Part shown: piece after piece, positions 30,348 to 39,847 of the stretch
Layout of the letters: every line of letters begins with the position of its first letter
Position numbering within the stretch: position 1 is the stretch's first letter
Assembly (NCBI GenBank): GCA_037443035.1
Contig: JBBIPC010000009.1
Span: 1 to 64,000 of the forward strand
Direction of reading: 5' to 3'
From: Chthonomonadales bacterium
Lineage (GTDB): Bacteria > Armatimonadota > Chthonomonadetes > Chthonomonadales > CAJBBX01
Length of the DNA: 64,000 bases
The notes under the pieces: generated by a model
Database searches by the model: none
What the model was told of the DNA's origin: nothing
What the model saw: the letters and a program-made list of their open reading frames with translations, nothing else
Position numbers and translations under genes: made by a program

Positions 30348-31586
30348 TCACCTCTCCCTATCTGTCGCATGGCCGCCACGGGACGGCGCGCGCACTAGCG
30401 TTGCCACCGCCCAGCAGGCCATTCCCTCCTTGCGGCCAACGAAGCCGATGCCTTCGTTCGTCGTGGCTTTGATGCTGATCCTTTCCGCTGGAATGCCGGC
30501 TGCCTCTCCGATAGCCTCGCGCATGGCCTGACGATAGGGGCCAACGCGTGGCTGTTCTGCAACCAAGGTGACATCGAGCCATGCCAAACGCCACCCTCTG
30601 GCAGTGGCCCGCCGAGCCGCTTCTCGGACAAAGTCGCAGCTCCGGCGGTCCCGATTGCGTGGGTCGGTATCGGGAAATAACACGCCGATGTCGCCCTCGC
30701 CCACCGCGCCAAGAATGGAGTCGCAGACGGCATGCATGACAACATCGGCATCGGAGTGTCCCAGTAGACCTGCGGTGTGCGGGATCTCCACCCCGCCCAG
30801 CCACAACGGACGGCCGTCCACGATGCGATGCACATCATAGCCGAATCCTGTCCGGAAGGTATCCTGGTCCCCCAGGTGATCCTCCGTACTGCCAGCATCA
30901 CGTGACTGACTTCTGCAAGTAAGAATACGTTCCACGCGGGCCAAGTCCTCCGGCAGGGTTACCTTGACATTGTCTGGATCACCCGGGATGATGAAGACTG
31001 GATAGCCGGCTCGTTCCAGGAGGGCGGCCTCATCCGTGGGCGCTGGATCGGCGCTATTCCATTGCCGGTAGGCATCTTCGAGCCACGACCGTCTGGCGCC
31101 CTGTGGAGTCTGCACCGCCCACAGACCGCTTCGCTCCAGGGTCTCCGCAACGCACCCCTGGCCGTCTGCTCTCTTCACGGTATCTGCCAGTGGCACGCCG
31201 GGTATCGCAGCGCCATAGCTGGCGACACCCCGCAGCACATCTTCGATGAGTCTCGCCGTCACGGCTGGACGAGCAGCGTCATGGACGAGGACCGTTTCGA
31301 CTTCGTCGGGTAGTACTGCCAGTCCGGCCCGAACCGACTCCGCTCGTATCTTGCCGCCCGGTACAACCGCGTGAACACCGCCGATTGCACTGGTAAGCTC
31401 ACGGGCACGGGACAGCTCATGCTCAGCGACCACAACGACGAGTGCCTCGACAAGCGGATGCTCAGCAAACGCCCTGATGGACCACTCGAGAACGGAGCGC
31501 CCCAGCAACTCAGCCCAGACCTTGTTCTCCCCTCTACCGAACCTTGATCCGCTGCCCGCTGCTGGGAGCACCGCCCCCACTTTCAC
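30348..31586 (-). CDS. ispDF: Bifunctional IspD/IspF
   Basis: IspD motifs AAGSGSR, HDAARP and VQTPQ fused to IspF motifs GYDVH, HSDADV and KATTNE. Confidence 0.94.
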   Translation of the reverse strand: MKVGAVLPAAGSGSRFGRGENKVWAELLGRSVLEWSIRAFAEHPLVEALVVVVAEHELSRARELTSAIGGVHAVVPGGKIRAESVRAGLAVLPDEVETVLVHDAARPAVTARLIEDVLRGVASYGAAIPGVPLADTVKRADGQGCVAETLERSGLWAVQTPQGARRSWLEDAYRQWNSADPAPTDEAALLERAGYPVFIIPGDPDNVKVTLPEDLARVERILTCRSQSRDAGSTEDHLGDQDTFRTGFGYDVHRIVDGRPLWLGGVEIPHTAGLLGHSDADVVMHAVCDSILGAVGEGDIGVLFPDTDPRNRDRRSCDFVREAARRATARGWRLAWLDVTLVAEQPRVGPYRQAMREAIGEAAGIPAERISIKATTNEGIGFVGRKEGMACWAVATLVRAPSRGGHATDRER

Positions 31587-32709
31587 GTGCCTCCTCCTCA
31601 CCATCACATCCGTCCTTGAGCCGGGCGAAGATCATCTTGCCTGCAACCGTCTGCAGCACGCTGGTCACCACGACGTCTACCGTCTCGCCTATGCAGCGAC
31701 GGCCGTCCTCCACGACAATCATGGTGCCGTCATCGAGGTACGCAACCCCTTGATGCTGCTCCTTGCCCTCCCTGATGACGGTCACTTGCATGTCCTCGCC
31801 AGGAAGTACGACGGGCTTCAGTGCATTGGCCAGTTCATTGACGTTGAGGACCTGAACGCCCTGCAGACCGGCGACCTTGTTCAAGTTGAAGTCATTCGTG
31901 ATAATGGAGGCGTTGAGCTGCTTCGCAAGCGTCACGAGCTTCGAATCCACCTCCTCACGGCGCGTTACCAGGTGAGCGATCTTGTGGTCCAGGACACGGA
32001 CGACCAGCGGAAACTCCTTCTGCATAGCATGGAGGATGTCGAGCCCACGTCTGCCCCGGGCGCGTTTGAGGGGATCGCTGGAGTCGGCGATGTGCTGGAG
32101 CTCGTCGAGAACGAAACCGGGGACATAGATCGTGCCCTCCACAAAGCCGGCACGGCAGATATCTGCAATGCGACCATCTATGATGACGTTCGTGTCCAGT
32201 ATCTTGCAGCGGTCCACTTCCACTTCGCTACCGTCCATAGCCCGCACAGCGCCCGGCCGTGGCACGAACAGGAACTCGTCCTTCATGCCCATGGTCGCAC
32301 GAATGCCCAAGTAAATGAACGCGAAGCAGAGCAGTAGACTGATGGGCGGGCCGATGGTCGGAGACTTGGACAGCAAGATCAGGAAAGGAAGCGTTATAGC
32401 GAGCCCGATGATGATTCCTAGCGCTACGGCGATCTTGTCCCGCGCCGACATCTTGTCTAGCGCGTTCCCGGCAGCGACAAGCTTGGCTCCGAGCTTCGGG
32501 CCAATGATGGCACCGAGGAGCATGCCCAGGACCGTCGTCGCGGAAATGAGAAACTGGCGGTACCCAGGAATATTCCGATCGAGCTCGGCCAACGACGGTA
32601 GCTCGCCCACGCCGTGCCAGTTGACGGAGCGACTGACGGTATAAGCTACTGCGGTGGAGATGATTGTGAAGAGTATCGCAAACCATTGACGAAAATTCCT
32701 CAGGGACAC
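31534..32709 (-). CDS. Membrane PIN/TRAM domain protein (YacL-like)
   Basis: N-terminal TM helices; PIN motifs LDTNVIIDGRI and TNDFNLNKVA; TRAM motif GVAYLDDGTMIVVE. Confidence 0.92.
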   Translation of the reverse strand: MSLRNFRQWFAILFTIISTAVAYTVSRSVNWHGVGELPSLAELDRNIPGYRQFLISATTVLGMLLGAIIGPKLGAKLVAAGNALDKMSARDKIAVALGIIIGLAITLPFLILLSKSPTIGPPISLLLCFAFIYLGIRATMGMKDEFLFVPRPGAVRAMDGSEVEVDRCKILDTNVIIDGRIADICRAGFVEGTIYVPGFVLDELQHIADSSDPLKRARGRRGLDILHAMQKEFPLVVRVLDHKIAHLVTRREEVDSKLVTLAKQLNASIITNDFNLNKVAGLQGVQVLNVNELANALKPVVLPGEDMQVTVIREGKEQHQGVAYLDDGTMIVVEDGRRCIGETVDVVVTSVLQTVAGKMIFARLKDGCDGEEEARESGGGAPSSGQRIKVR

Positions 32710-32761
32710 CTGTGTTCACCTCCTCTCTTTTCTGTATGGGCAGCAAGCTAGACGTCGAGAG

Positions 32762-34252
32762 CTACCTTCCGGAGCTGATGACCCTCACCTGCAGTTTTCC
32801 GATGACTTCATAGACCCTCATCATGTCGGTGGGGTCTCCATGAGCGAACTTCACATGCGTGGCATCCACGAGATCCGTCGGTAGCGTTGCATCGTACGCG
32901 ACCCAGTCACCCATCCAGCACTCGATCCACGCATGGTAATAGAACCTCCCATCGGCGTACACAACGCCACCCACCAACCGAGCTGGGATGCCGGCTGCAC
33001 GTGCCAGCGCGGCAGCGAGAACCGCGTAGTCCCGGCATACGCCGCGTTTCCGCTGCAGCACATCTACGGACGAGCGAGGCACACCGATGCTGAAATCCGG
33101 CACAAGATTCCGGTGCACCCAGTTCCGGATCCGGGAGGCCGTTCGACGTGCACTCTTGGGATCCCTGAGGCTGGCGGCAAGCTGCCGGATCCTGCCGTTG
33201 TCTATATCTAGATACGGCGCGCGACCCGCAAAACGTGCGAGGCTGGCCGACCGTATCGGAAGTCGGCGGTCCGGCGTCTGCGAGGGCACCTGGATGGCGA
33301 TGCGGTAGGTTCCTGCCTTACCCGGGACCGGCGTCACCGTCTGCCGGTTGTCGGTGATCGCCAGCGACGGAGACCCAATGCCCGAAACCTCCAGCGTAAG
33401 GGAACGCAGCTTGCGAGGCTCCACGATCGGGCGATCGGTTGTCACGGCTGTGGCCAGAGCGAAGTCGGCGGGCGGCTTCAGGTCGGCGCTGGTGGTTGGA
33501 GACGAGGACATGTGTGTGGGCTCCCGCGCTGCCGCGCTCAGCGCGTCGGACTCTGGCATGCGGAACATCGCCATGCCGAGCGGCAACTCGCCCCAGAGCA
33601 CTTGGCCAGGTGGCGACTCCCACGTGCGGATACGGCCCAGAGGTGTCACGGCCAACGTGCGCACCGCGTCGAAGGCTTCGCCAGCATAGGTCACTCTTTC
33701 GCGTGCCTCTACGGTGATCGTGGCCCTGTCGAGATTGATCGTCAGCGGATTCAGGTAATAGACAACTAGCTTGGAGCCAATGAGTGGGTCGGCACCCAGC
33801 GTCAAGAAGCTCGAGTCGGCGCTCAGCACACCATCGCCTGGAACCGTCAGTGTGCGCCGGAGCGGTGAACCGCCACTCGTGATCTCCACATCCACTTGTC
33901 GCTGCCGATAGGTCGCCCGCAGGCGCATGGTGCTCCCATTCGACGTAATGGCGTATTCCTGCGTCAGTGGCCGGAGTTTCTCATCGCACATGCTCACGAT
34001 AGTACTCTCCTGCCGGACACTCGTACCCATCAACTCGATGGTCAGTACGCCGTCGGTGGTCAGTCGGATGCGCTTACCCTCGGGAGACGCGATGTCCTCC
34101 GCCACGTACCGCATCCACCCGATCTTGCGCCCGTTCATGTAGACGCCGTAGTAGGTCGTATCCGCGGCAGCGCTGACGCCCGTTGAGGAGAGAAGAGAGA
34201 CGGCGAATGCAGCCACACACCAGGGATTGGCAAGAGAGGGTCGCGAAGGCAA
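32762..34252 (-). CDS. Exported transglutaminase-like domain protein
   Basis: TTG start after AAGGAG; signal peptide; Cys-His-Asp triad GVCRDYA / YHAW / YDAT. Confidence 0.85.
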   Translation of the reverse strand: MPSRPSLANPWCVAAFAVSLLSSTGVSAAADTTYYGVYMNGRKIGWMRYVAEDIASPEGKRIRLTTDGVLTIELMGTSVRQESTIVSMCDEKLRPLTQEYAITSNGSTMRLRATYRQRQVDVEITSGGSPLRRTLTVPGDGVLSADSSFLTLGADPLIGSKLVVYYLNPLTINLDRATITVEARERVTYAGEAFDAVRTLAVTPLGRIRTWESPPGQVLWGELPLGMAMFRMPESDALSAAAREPTHMSSSPTTSADLKPPADFALATAVTTDRPIVEPRKLRSLTLEVSGIGSPSLAITDNRQTVTPVPGKAGTYRIAIQVPSQTPDRRLPIRSASLARFAGRAPYLDIDNGRIRQLAASLRDPKSARRTASRIRNWVHRNLVPDFSIGVPRSSVDVLQRKRGVCRDYAVLAAALARAAGIPARLVGGVVYADGRFYYHAWIECWMGDWVAYDATLPTDLVDATHVKFAHGDPTDMMRVYEVIGKLQVRVISSGR

Positions 34253-34321
34253 AGCGGTTGCTCCTTTGGCGCCAGGTCCAGAAGCATCCAGCGCAGCAGT
34301 GAGCCGGACGCGGATCCAAGA

Positions 34322-35407
34322 TTATACCTTGCCCGAAACTTCCTGGAGCCGCTTGTACTGGGTTGTACGGCGACATGGGACGTATCCGGCTGCTCGTATG
34401 ACTCGCTCGATCTCTTCGATGCCGAGCACGAAGGCGCATCCAGCAGCCGAGACGACGTTCTCCTCCATCATCGTCGAGCCGAAGTCGTCGGCTCCATAGT
34501 GGAGGGAGATCTGCGCGACGCGAGCACCCTGGGTCACCCATGAAGCCTGGAAGTGCGGGATGTTGTCCAGAACTATGCGACTGATGGCTAGGGTCTTGAG
34601 GTACTCATGAGCGCCAGCGCGTTGGCCGCCGAGATCTGTTCCGTCCGGCTGGAAGCTCCAGGGAATGAATGCCGTGAATCCGCCGGTCTCGTCCTGCAAC
34701 TCCCTCAGTCGGAGCAGATGCTCGATGCGATCCTGCCAGGTATCCACCGAACCGAACATCATCGTCGCCGTGGTCGGAATGCCGAGGCGGTGCGCTGAGC
34801 GCATACATTCGAGCCATCCGTCTGCAGTCGTCTTGAGCGGTGCTATGGCCTGGCGCACCTTGTCCGTGAGGACCTCTGCACCTCCCCCCGGTATGCTGTC
34901 CAGCCCCGCCGCACGAAGCCGCTGCAAGCATTCTAGGAGCGAGAGACGGCTGATCCGCGCGATATAAAGCAACTCGGCAGGCGACAGAGCATGCAGGATG
35001 ACTCCATCGCGGCCGTAGTCCCTCTTGATGGCACGGAACAGATCCTCGAACCACTCGATTCGCAGACGCGGGTTCAGTCCTCCCTGGAGAAGGATCTCGA
35101 TCCCGCCTGCATCGACCATTTCACGAACCTTGCGGAGGATCTCCTCGTAGCTGAGCACATACCCCTCGGCGCTACCGGGGGTTCGATAGAAGGCGCAGAA
35201 GCGGCATCGAACCCAGCACACGTTGGTGTAGTTGATGTTCCGCCCGACAATGTAGGTAACCACCATGTCGGGGTTGTGCCGCAACCGGACTCGGTGCGCT
35301 GCGGCGGCCAGGATGGTGAGGTCGGGCACCTGGGTGAGCTCCAGTGCCTCCCTGCCGTCGAGGCGTTCGCCCCGCAGCGCCTTCTCCAGCGCAGCGACCG
35401 TGCTCAC
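34322..35407 (-). CDS. mqnC: Cyclic dehypoxanthine futalosine synthase (radical SAM)
   Basis: RNINYTNVC..RC.FC, LQGG, PGGGAE and DFGSTMMEENVVSAAG. Confidence 0.92.
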   Translation of the reverse strand: MSTVAALEKALRGERLDGREALELTQVPDLTILAAAAHRVRLRHNPDMVVTYIVGRNINYTNVCWVRCRFCAFYRTPGSAEGYVLSYEEILRKVREMVDAGGIEILLQGGLNPRLRIEWFEDLFRAIKRDYGRDGVILHALSPAELLYIARISRLSLLECLQRLRAAGLDSIPGGGAEVLTDKVRQAIAPLKTTADGWLECMRSAHRLGIPTTATMMFGSVDTWQDRIEHLLRLRELQDETGGFTAFIPWSFQPDGTDLGGQRAGAHEYLKTLAISRIVLDNIPHFQASWVTQGARVAQISLHYGADDFGSTMMEENVVSAAGCAFVLGIEEIERVIRAAGYVPCRRTTQYKRLQEVSGKV

Positions 35408-36525
35408 GCACTCACCGCCCTGTACAGCCCATCCCGCTCCACGGGTTCGTAGCCCGCTTCACGGATCAACCGATGCAGTTGCTCCGACGTCAGATGCTGC
35501 CTTCGGTCTCCGAAGCGTCCCTCCTCGTAGGTTATCTGATATTCTTCGACCGTGCCGTCCATGTCATCCGCGCCATAGGAGAGCGCGATCTGGGAGACAG
35601 GCGGCGTATTCATGATCCAGAATGTCTTGATATGCGGGAAGTTGTCCAGCATGAGCCGGGCAACTGCAATCATCCGGAGGTCGTCCTGTCCCGTGGGACC
35701 GGCGAGGTGCTCCAGGTACGTGCCCTCGGGGTGGAACGACAGCGGTGTGAAGGCAAGGAAATGGCCGGTCTCATCCTGCAGCGTTCGCAGCCTCAGCAGA
35801 TGCTCGATTCTCTCGTCATCCGTTTCGATGTGGCCGTAGAGCATGGTGGCGTACTGTGCCAAACCTGCGAATGCGACTTCCCTTGAGATCGCTATCCACT
35901 CGTCCGGCGTCAGTTTGCGAGGATGCAGCTCTGCGTGAACGCGGTCACTGAGCACCTCGGCACCTCCACCGGGGATCGCTGTCAGCCCGGCATCTTTCAA
36001 CTCCGCAAGGGTCTGGCTGACAGACTTGCCTGCTGCCTCAGCAATCTGGGCTATCTCCACGGCGGTGAAAGCCTTGATGCAAGCTCGCGGGCGTGCGGAG
36101 CGGACCGTGGCGAGAAGGTCGAGGTAGTAGTGATATGGCAATCTGGGATTGACGCCGCCGACGATGTGTACCTCCCGCACACAGCCATCCCCGTGCCTCT
36201 CCAAAGCCCGACGAACTTCGTCGGCGGACAGCGTATAGGGCTCCGGGCCACCATCCTTGGGACTGCGAGCGAAATAGCAGAACAAGCAGTGCTTGTTGCA
36301 CACGTTCGTGTAGTTGATGTGCTGATTGCGCACGAAGTATGTGCGGCGTCCATGGAGACGCTGACGAACGATGCTCGCCAGCGTGCCGACTCCTGTCAGA
36401 TCGGGGGTCTGGAGAAGCAGAAGACCATCCTCGCCGCTCAAGCGCTCTCCAGCGCAGACCTTGTCCAGAATGGGCAGAAGCCGGCTATCGGCAATACTAC
36501 GACGCAGTATTTCGGGGTTGACCAT
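35404..36525 (-). CDS. mqnE: Aminodeoxyfutalosine synthase (radical SAM)
   Basis: NQHINYTNVC..HC.FC, EVHIVGG, TMLYGHIE, HIKTFW and DMDGTV..ERD motifs. Confidence 0.9.
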   Translation of the reverse strand: MVNPEILRRSIADSRLLPILDKVCAGERLSGEDGLLLLQTPDLTGVGTLASIVRQRLHGRRTYFVRNQHINYTNVCNKHCLFCYFARSPKDGGPEPYTLSADEVRRALERHGDGCVREVHIVGGVNPRLPYHYYLDLLATVRSARPRACIKAFTAVEIAQIAEAAGKSVSQTLAELKDAGLTAIPGGGAEVLSDRVHAELHPRKLTPDEWIAISREVAFAGLAQYATMLYGHIETDDERIEHLLRLRTLQDETGHFLAFTPLSFHPEGTYLEHLAGPTGQDDLRMIAVARLMLDNFPHIKTFWIMNTPPVSQIALSYGADDMDGTVEEYQITYEEGRFGDRRQHLTSEQLHRLIREAGYEPVERDGLYRAVSA

Positions 36526-38600
36526 TAGCCATGCCAGTCAACATCAGAGACTTCATGGGCATGGCGAACGATGAAATCCCGCCGCGGTTCCACCTTCTGC
36601 GACATCAAGACGTCGAACATCTCCTGGGCTGCCAGCCCATCGGAGATATCTACCTGAGCCAGGCGTCGTCGCTCGGGATCCATGGTCGTATCGTAGAGGT
36701 CCTCGGCATTCATCTCGCCCAGACCCTTGAAGCGTGTGATGATGACGTCCTTCCGGTTACGAATACGCTTCAGGATTTCGTCTCGCTCCTGCTCCGACTG
36801 AGCGTAGTACTGTTTGTCTTTGCCCTCTTTGATGCGGAAAAGCGGGGGCTGGGCGACGTACACATACCCTTCTTCGACGAGTGGCCGCATGTACAGCCAG
36901 AAGAACGTGAGAAGGAGCGTGCGAATGTGATCGCCATCCACATCGGCATCGGTCATCAGAATAATCTTGTGGTAGCGAAGCTTGCGCAGATCGTAACCGT
37001 TCCCCTTGCCCTGACCTCCGTTGCCGCCGACATCCTCCTCGTCCCCTGAACCGCTCTCGTCACCATTGCTTCCGTTGCTAAGACTGATTCCGGTCCCCAG
37101 AGCCGTAATGAGAGCGCGAATCTCGTTGTTGTCCAGCACCTTGTCCAGGCGTGCTTTGCCGACGTTGATGATCTTGCCTCGAAGCGGCAGCACTGCCTGC
37201 GTGCGCCTGTCCCTGCCCTGCTTGGCGGAGCCGCCGGCGGAGTCACCCTCGACTAGGAACAGCTCGCACTTGCTGGGATCCCGTTCTGTACAATCAGCGA
37301 GTTTGCCTGGCAGCGAGTTGCTTTCCAGGGCGCTCTGCCTCCGGACGAGGTCGGCGTGCTTGCGCGCTGCCTCCCGTGCCCGTTGGGCCGTGAGTGCCTT
37401 CTCGACAATGCGCCTGCCGACGTTCGGATGGAGGTCGAGATAGCTGCTGAGACCGTCGCCGACGAGAGAGTTGACGATACCCTCGACCTCGGCATTCGCC
37501 AGCTTCACCTTGGTCTGGCTCTCGAACTGGGGATTCGGCAGCTTGACGGAGACGACAGCAGCCAGGCCCTCGCGCACGTCATCGCCCGTGAGGTTGGGGT
37601 CTTTGTCCTTGAGGATGCCTTGCTTGCGTGCGTAAGCGTTGATTACTCGCGTCAGCGCCGTACGGAAACCCGAGAGATGTGTGCCTCCGTCCGGCGTGTT
37701 GATCATATTCGCGAAGCATAGGACGGCCTCTTGGTAGCCGTCGTTGTACTGGAGCGCTACCTCGACAATGACGTTGTCTCGTGCGCCGCCAAAGTAGATG
37801 GGCGGGTGGAGGGTCTCCTTGTTCTCGTTCAGGTGCTCGACAAATGCTTCGAGACCACGCTTGTAGTGGAACACCTCTTCGGGTGTGCCGTCTCGTTCAT
37901 TGCGGAAAACGAGCGTCACATCGCGGTTCAGATACGCCAGCTCTCGCATGCGCCGGGTGAGTCGTTCCGGGTCGTACTTCAGATCGCCGAATATCTGGGG
38001 ATCGGGCTTCCACCTGACGAGCGTACCGCTCTCGATTTCCTTTGCTGGACCCACATCGCGCAGGGGCGATGTTGTCTGGCCACGCTGAAAGCCTATCTGG
38101 TAGTGCCGTCCATCCCGCCAGACGTCTACGGTGAGCCACTCCGAGCAAGCGTTGACGCAGGATACGCCAACTCCGTGAAGGCCGCCCGAAACCTTGTAGG
38201 ATCCGCTCTCGAACTTGCCTCCCGCATGCAAGCGAGTCAGCGCAAGTTCCACGCCCGGCAGACCGGTCTGCTGATGAATATCCACTGGGATGCCGCGCCC
38301 GTTGTCGAGCACCGAAACACTGCCATCCGCGTGGAGGGTCACGACAATCTGGTCGCAGTGCCCGGCCATGGCCTCGTCTATGGCGTTGTCGCTCACCTCG
38401 ACGAAAAGGTGATGCATACCCTTCGAGTCGGTGCCGCCGATGTACATGGCAGGGCGCCGTCGGACAGCCTCGAGCCCCTCCAGCACCTGTATCTGCTGGG
38501 CATCGTAGACGGCATCTACTCGCTCGGTTGCTGGCAGACTAGGCAGACTTGCGTCTACTTCCTCTTCGGGCTTCTCGATGGGCTCGTATTCCATGCTCAT
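36525..38600 (-). CDS. gyrB: DNA gyrase subunit B
   Basis: RRRPAMYIG, LHAGGKF, GGLHGVG, EGDSAGGS, PLRGK, MTDADVDG and KGLGEM motifs. Confidence 0.93.
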   Translation of the reverse strand: MSMEYEPIEKPEEEVDASLPSLPATERVDAVYDAQQIQVLEGLEAVRRRPAMYIGGTDSKGMHHLFVEVSDNAIDEAMAGHCDQIVVTLHADGSVSVLDNGRGIPVDIHQQTGLPGVELALTRLHAGGKFESGSYKVSGGLHGVGVSCVNACSEWLTVDVWRDGRHYQIGFQRGQTTSPLRDVGPAKEIESGTLVRWKPDPQIFGDLKYDPERLTRRMRELAYLNRDVTLVFRNERDGTPEEVFHYKRGLEAFVEHLNENKETLHPPIYFGGARDNVIVEVALQYNDGYQEAVLCFANMINTPDGGTHLSGFRTALTRVINAYARKQGILKDKDPNLTGDDVREGLAAVVSVKLPNPQFESQTKVKLANAEVEGIVNSLVGDGLSSYLDLHPNVGRRIVEKALTAQRAREAARKHADLVRRQSALESNSLPGKLADCTERDPSKCELFLVEGDSAGGSAKQGRDRRTQAVLPLRGKIINVGKARLDKVLDNNEIRALITALGTGISLSNGSNGDESGSGDEEDVGGNGGQGKGNGYDLRKLRYHKIILMTDADVDGDHIRTLLLTFFWLYMRPLVEEGYVYVAQPPLFRIKEGKDKQYYAQSEQERDEILKRIRNRKDVIITRFKGLGEMNAEDLYDTTMDPERRRLAQVDISDGLAAQEMFDVLMSQKVEPRRDFIVRHAHEVSDVDWHG

Positions 38601-38645
38601 AGCCGGTCTCAGTACTCTCGCACGGCATCGTGGCGTCTGTGTCTT

Positions 38646-38651
38646 ATTCTA
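38646..38651 (-). promoter_or_regulatory. Putative -10 element for gyrB-mqnE-mqnC
   Basis: TGGGGTAGAATA on the minus strand, about 45 nt upstream of the gyrB ATG. Confidence 0.45.
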
Positions 38652-38697
38652 CCCCATAGGCAGACATATATACGTAGTTCTGGCCTACCTGGGCACG

Positions 38698-39768
38698 TCA
38701 CACCGCCTTTACGCATGCGCCGTGTGCGACCTTGACAACGTACGACTTACCACCGGCCCTCTGCAAGGCCGCCGCCACCTCCTGCTCCTTACCAGGCGCC
38801 AAGGCGAACATGCAACCGCCCCCTCCAGAGCCATTGATCTTGCCCCCGAGAGCTCCGGCGCCCATCGCTGCTGTGAGCATGCGCTCGATCTTTGGTGTCG
38901 AAAGGTCCAGCCCATCGCGGAGTTGCGCGTGGTGCTCCAGCAAGAGCTCTCCGAGTGCCCGTACATCGCCACGTTCCAGGACACCCAAGGCTGCAACCGT
39001 CAGGTCCCTGTTCACAAGATTCGCGCGTAAACGGCGGGCAGGCGTAGCTGGTAGCTCGGTCAAAGCAGTCTCGACTTCCGCGAGGGGTGTGCTGGCAAGA
39101 TCGAACGAGGGGAATCGTTCTGTCAACAGGCGCACCCCTTCTGCTACTTGAGCTCGGGTTCGGGCGAGCGTCTCGATGGTCGCCTTGGGCTCCAGGGAGT
39201 TGCCGAGCACAATACCGTCCAGACCAGTGCCGATAGGATGCGCTCGGAAAGGTGGCACGGTCTCGATATACAGCACGCCTCCCAGGGCCGCGCAGAAGTG
39301 GTCCATCATCCCGCCCGGTTCTCCGAACTCGAGAACCTCGGCTTCGTGGCCGAGCCTGGCTAGGTCATCGGCGGCAGGTACTGGCCGCTGATCCGAGATC
39401 GCCATGAGGAAGCGGAGCCACATGACCACCATCGCCGAGGAACTGCTGACGCCTGCATTGATGGGGATCTCTCCGCGGATCTCGACACGGTATCCGCGAC
39501 TCCAGGTGAGCCCCCTGCGCTGAAGCACAGAAACACAGGACCGTAGATAGTCCCGCTTGTTGGCATACTGTTGGCGCGACCGGGGATCCAGGCGTATCCT
39601 CTCACCGACATCCGGCATGTCAATGTCCAGCAGTGGTTCGCCGGACTGCTCTGCTAGAGCGGCAATACGGAGGTCTATGGCAGCGGCGATGACAGGCAGT
39701 CCGAGGTAGTCCTGGTGCTCGCCGAATAGGCACACTCTGCCCGGCGCGCTGGCGCGTAGTTGGCGCAT
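38698..39768 (-). CDS. GHMP-family sugar kinase (galactokinase-like)
   Basis: PGRVCLFGEHQDY, PINAGVSSSSA and GSGGGGC motifs; SD AGGAG. Confidence 0.88.
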   Translation of the reverse strand: MRQLRASAPGRVCLFGEHQDYLGLPVIAAAIDLRIAALAEQSGEPLLDIDMPDVGERIRLDPRSRQQYANKRDYLRSCVSVLQRRGLTWSRGYRVEIRGEIPINAGVSSSSAMVVMWLRFLMAISDQRPVPAADDLARLGHEAEVLEFGEPGGMMDHFCAALGGVLYIETVPPFRAHPIGTGLDGIVLGNSLEPKATIETLARTRAQVAEGVRLLTERFPSFDLASTPLAEVETALTELPATPARRLRANLVNRDLTVAALGVLERGDVRALGELLLEHHAQLRDGLDLSTPKIERMLTAAMGAGALGGKINGSGGGGCMFALAPGKEQEVAAALQRAGGKSYVVKVAHGACVKAV

Positions 39769-39847
39769 GGGTCTTCTTCTCCTGAACGGTTGGCGGGCTG
39801 GGGGCCGCACCCTGATGCCATAATAGCAGTAGCAGCGGTACTTCGCC

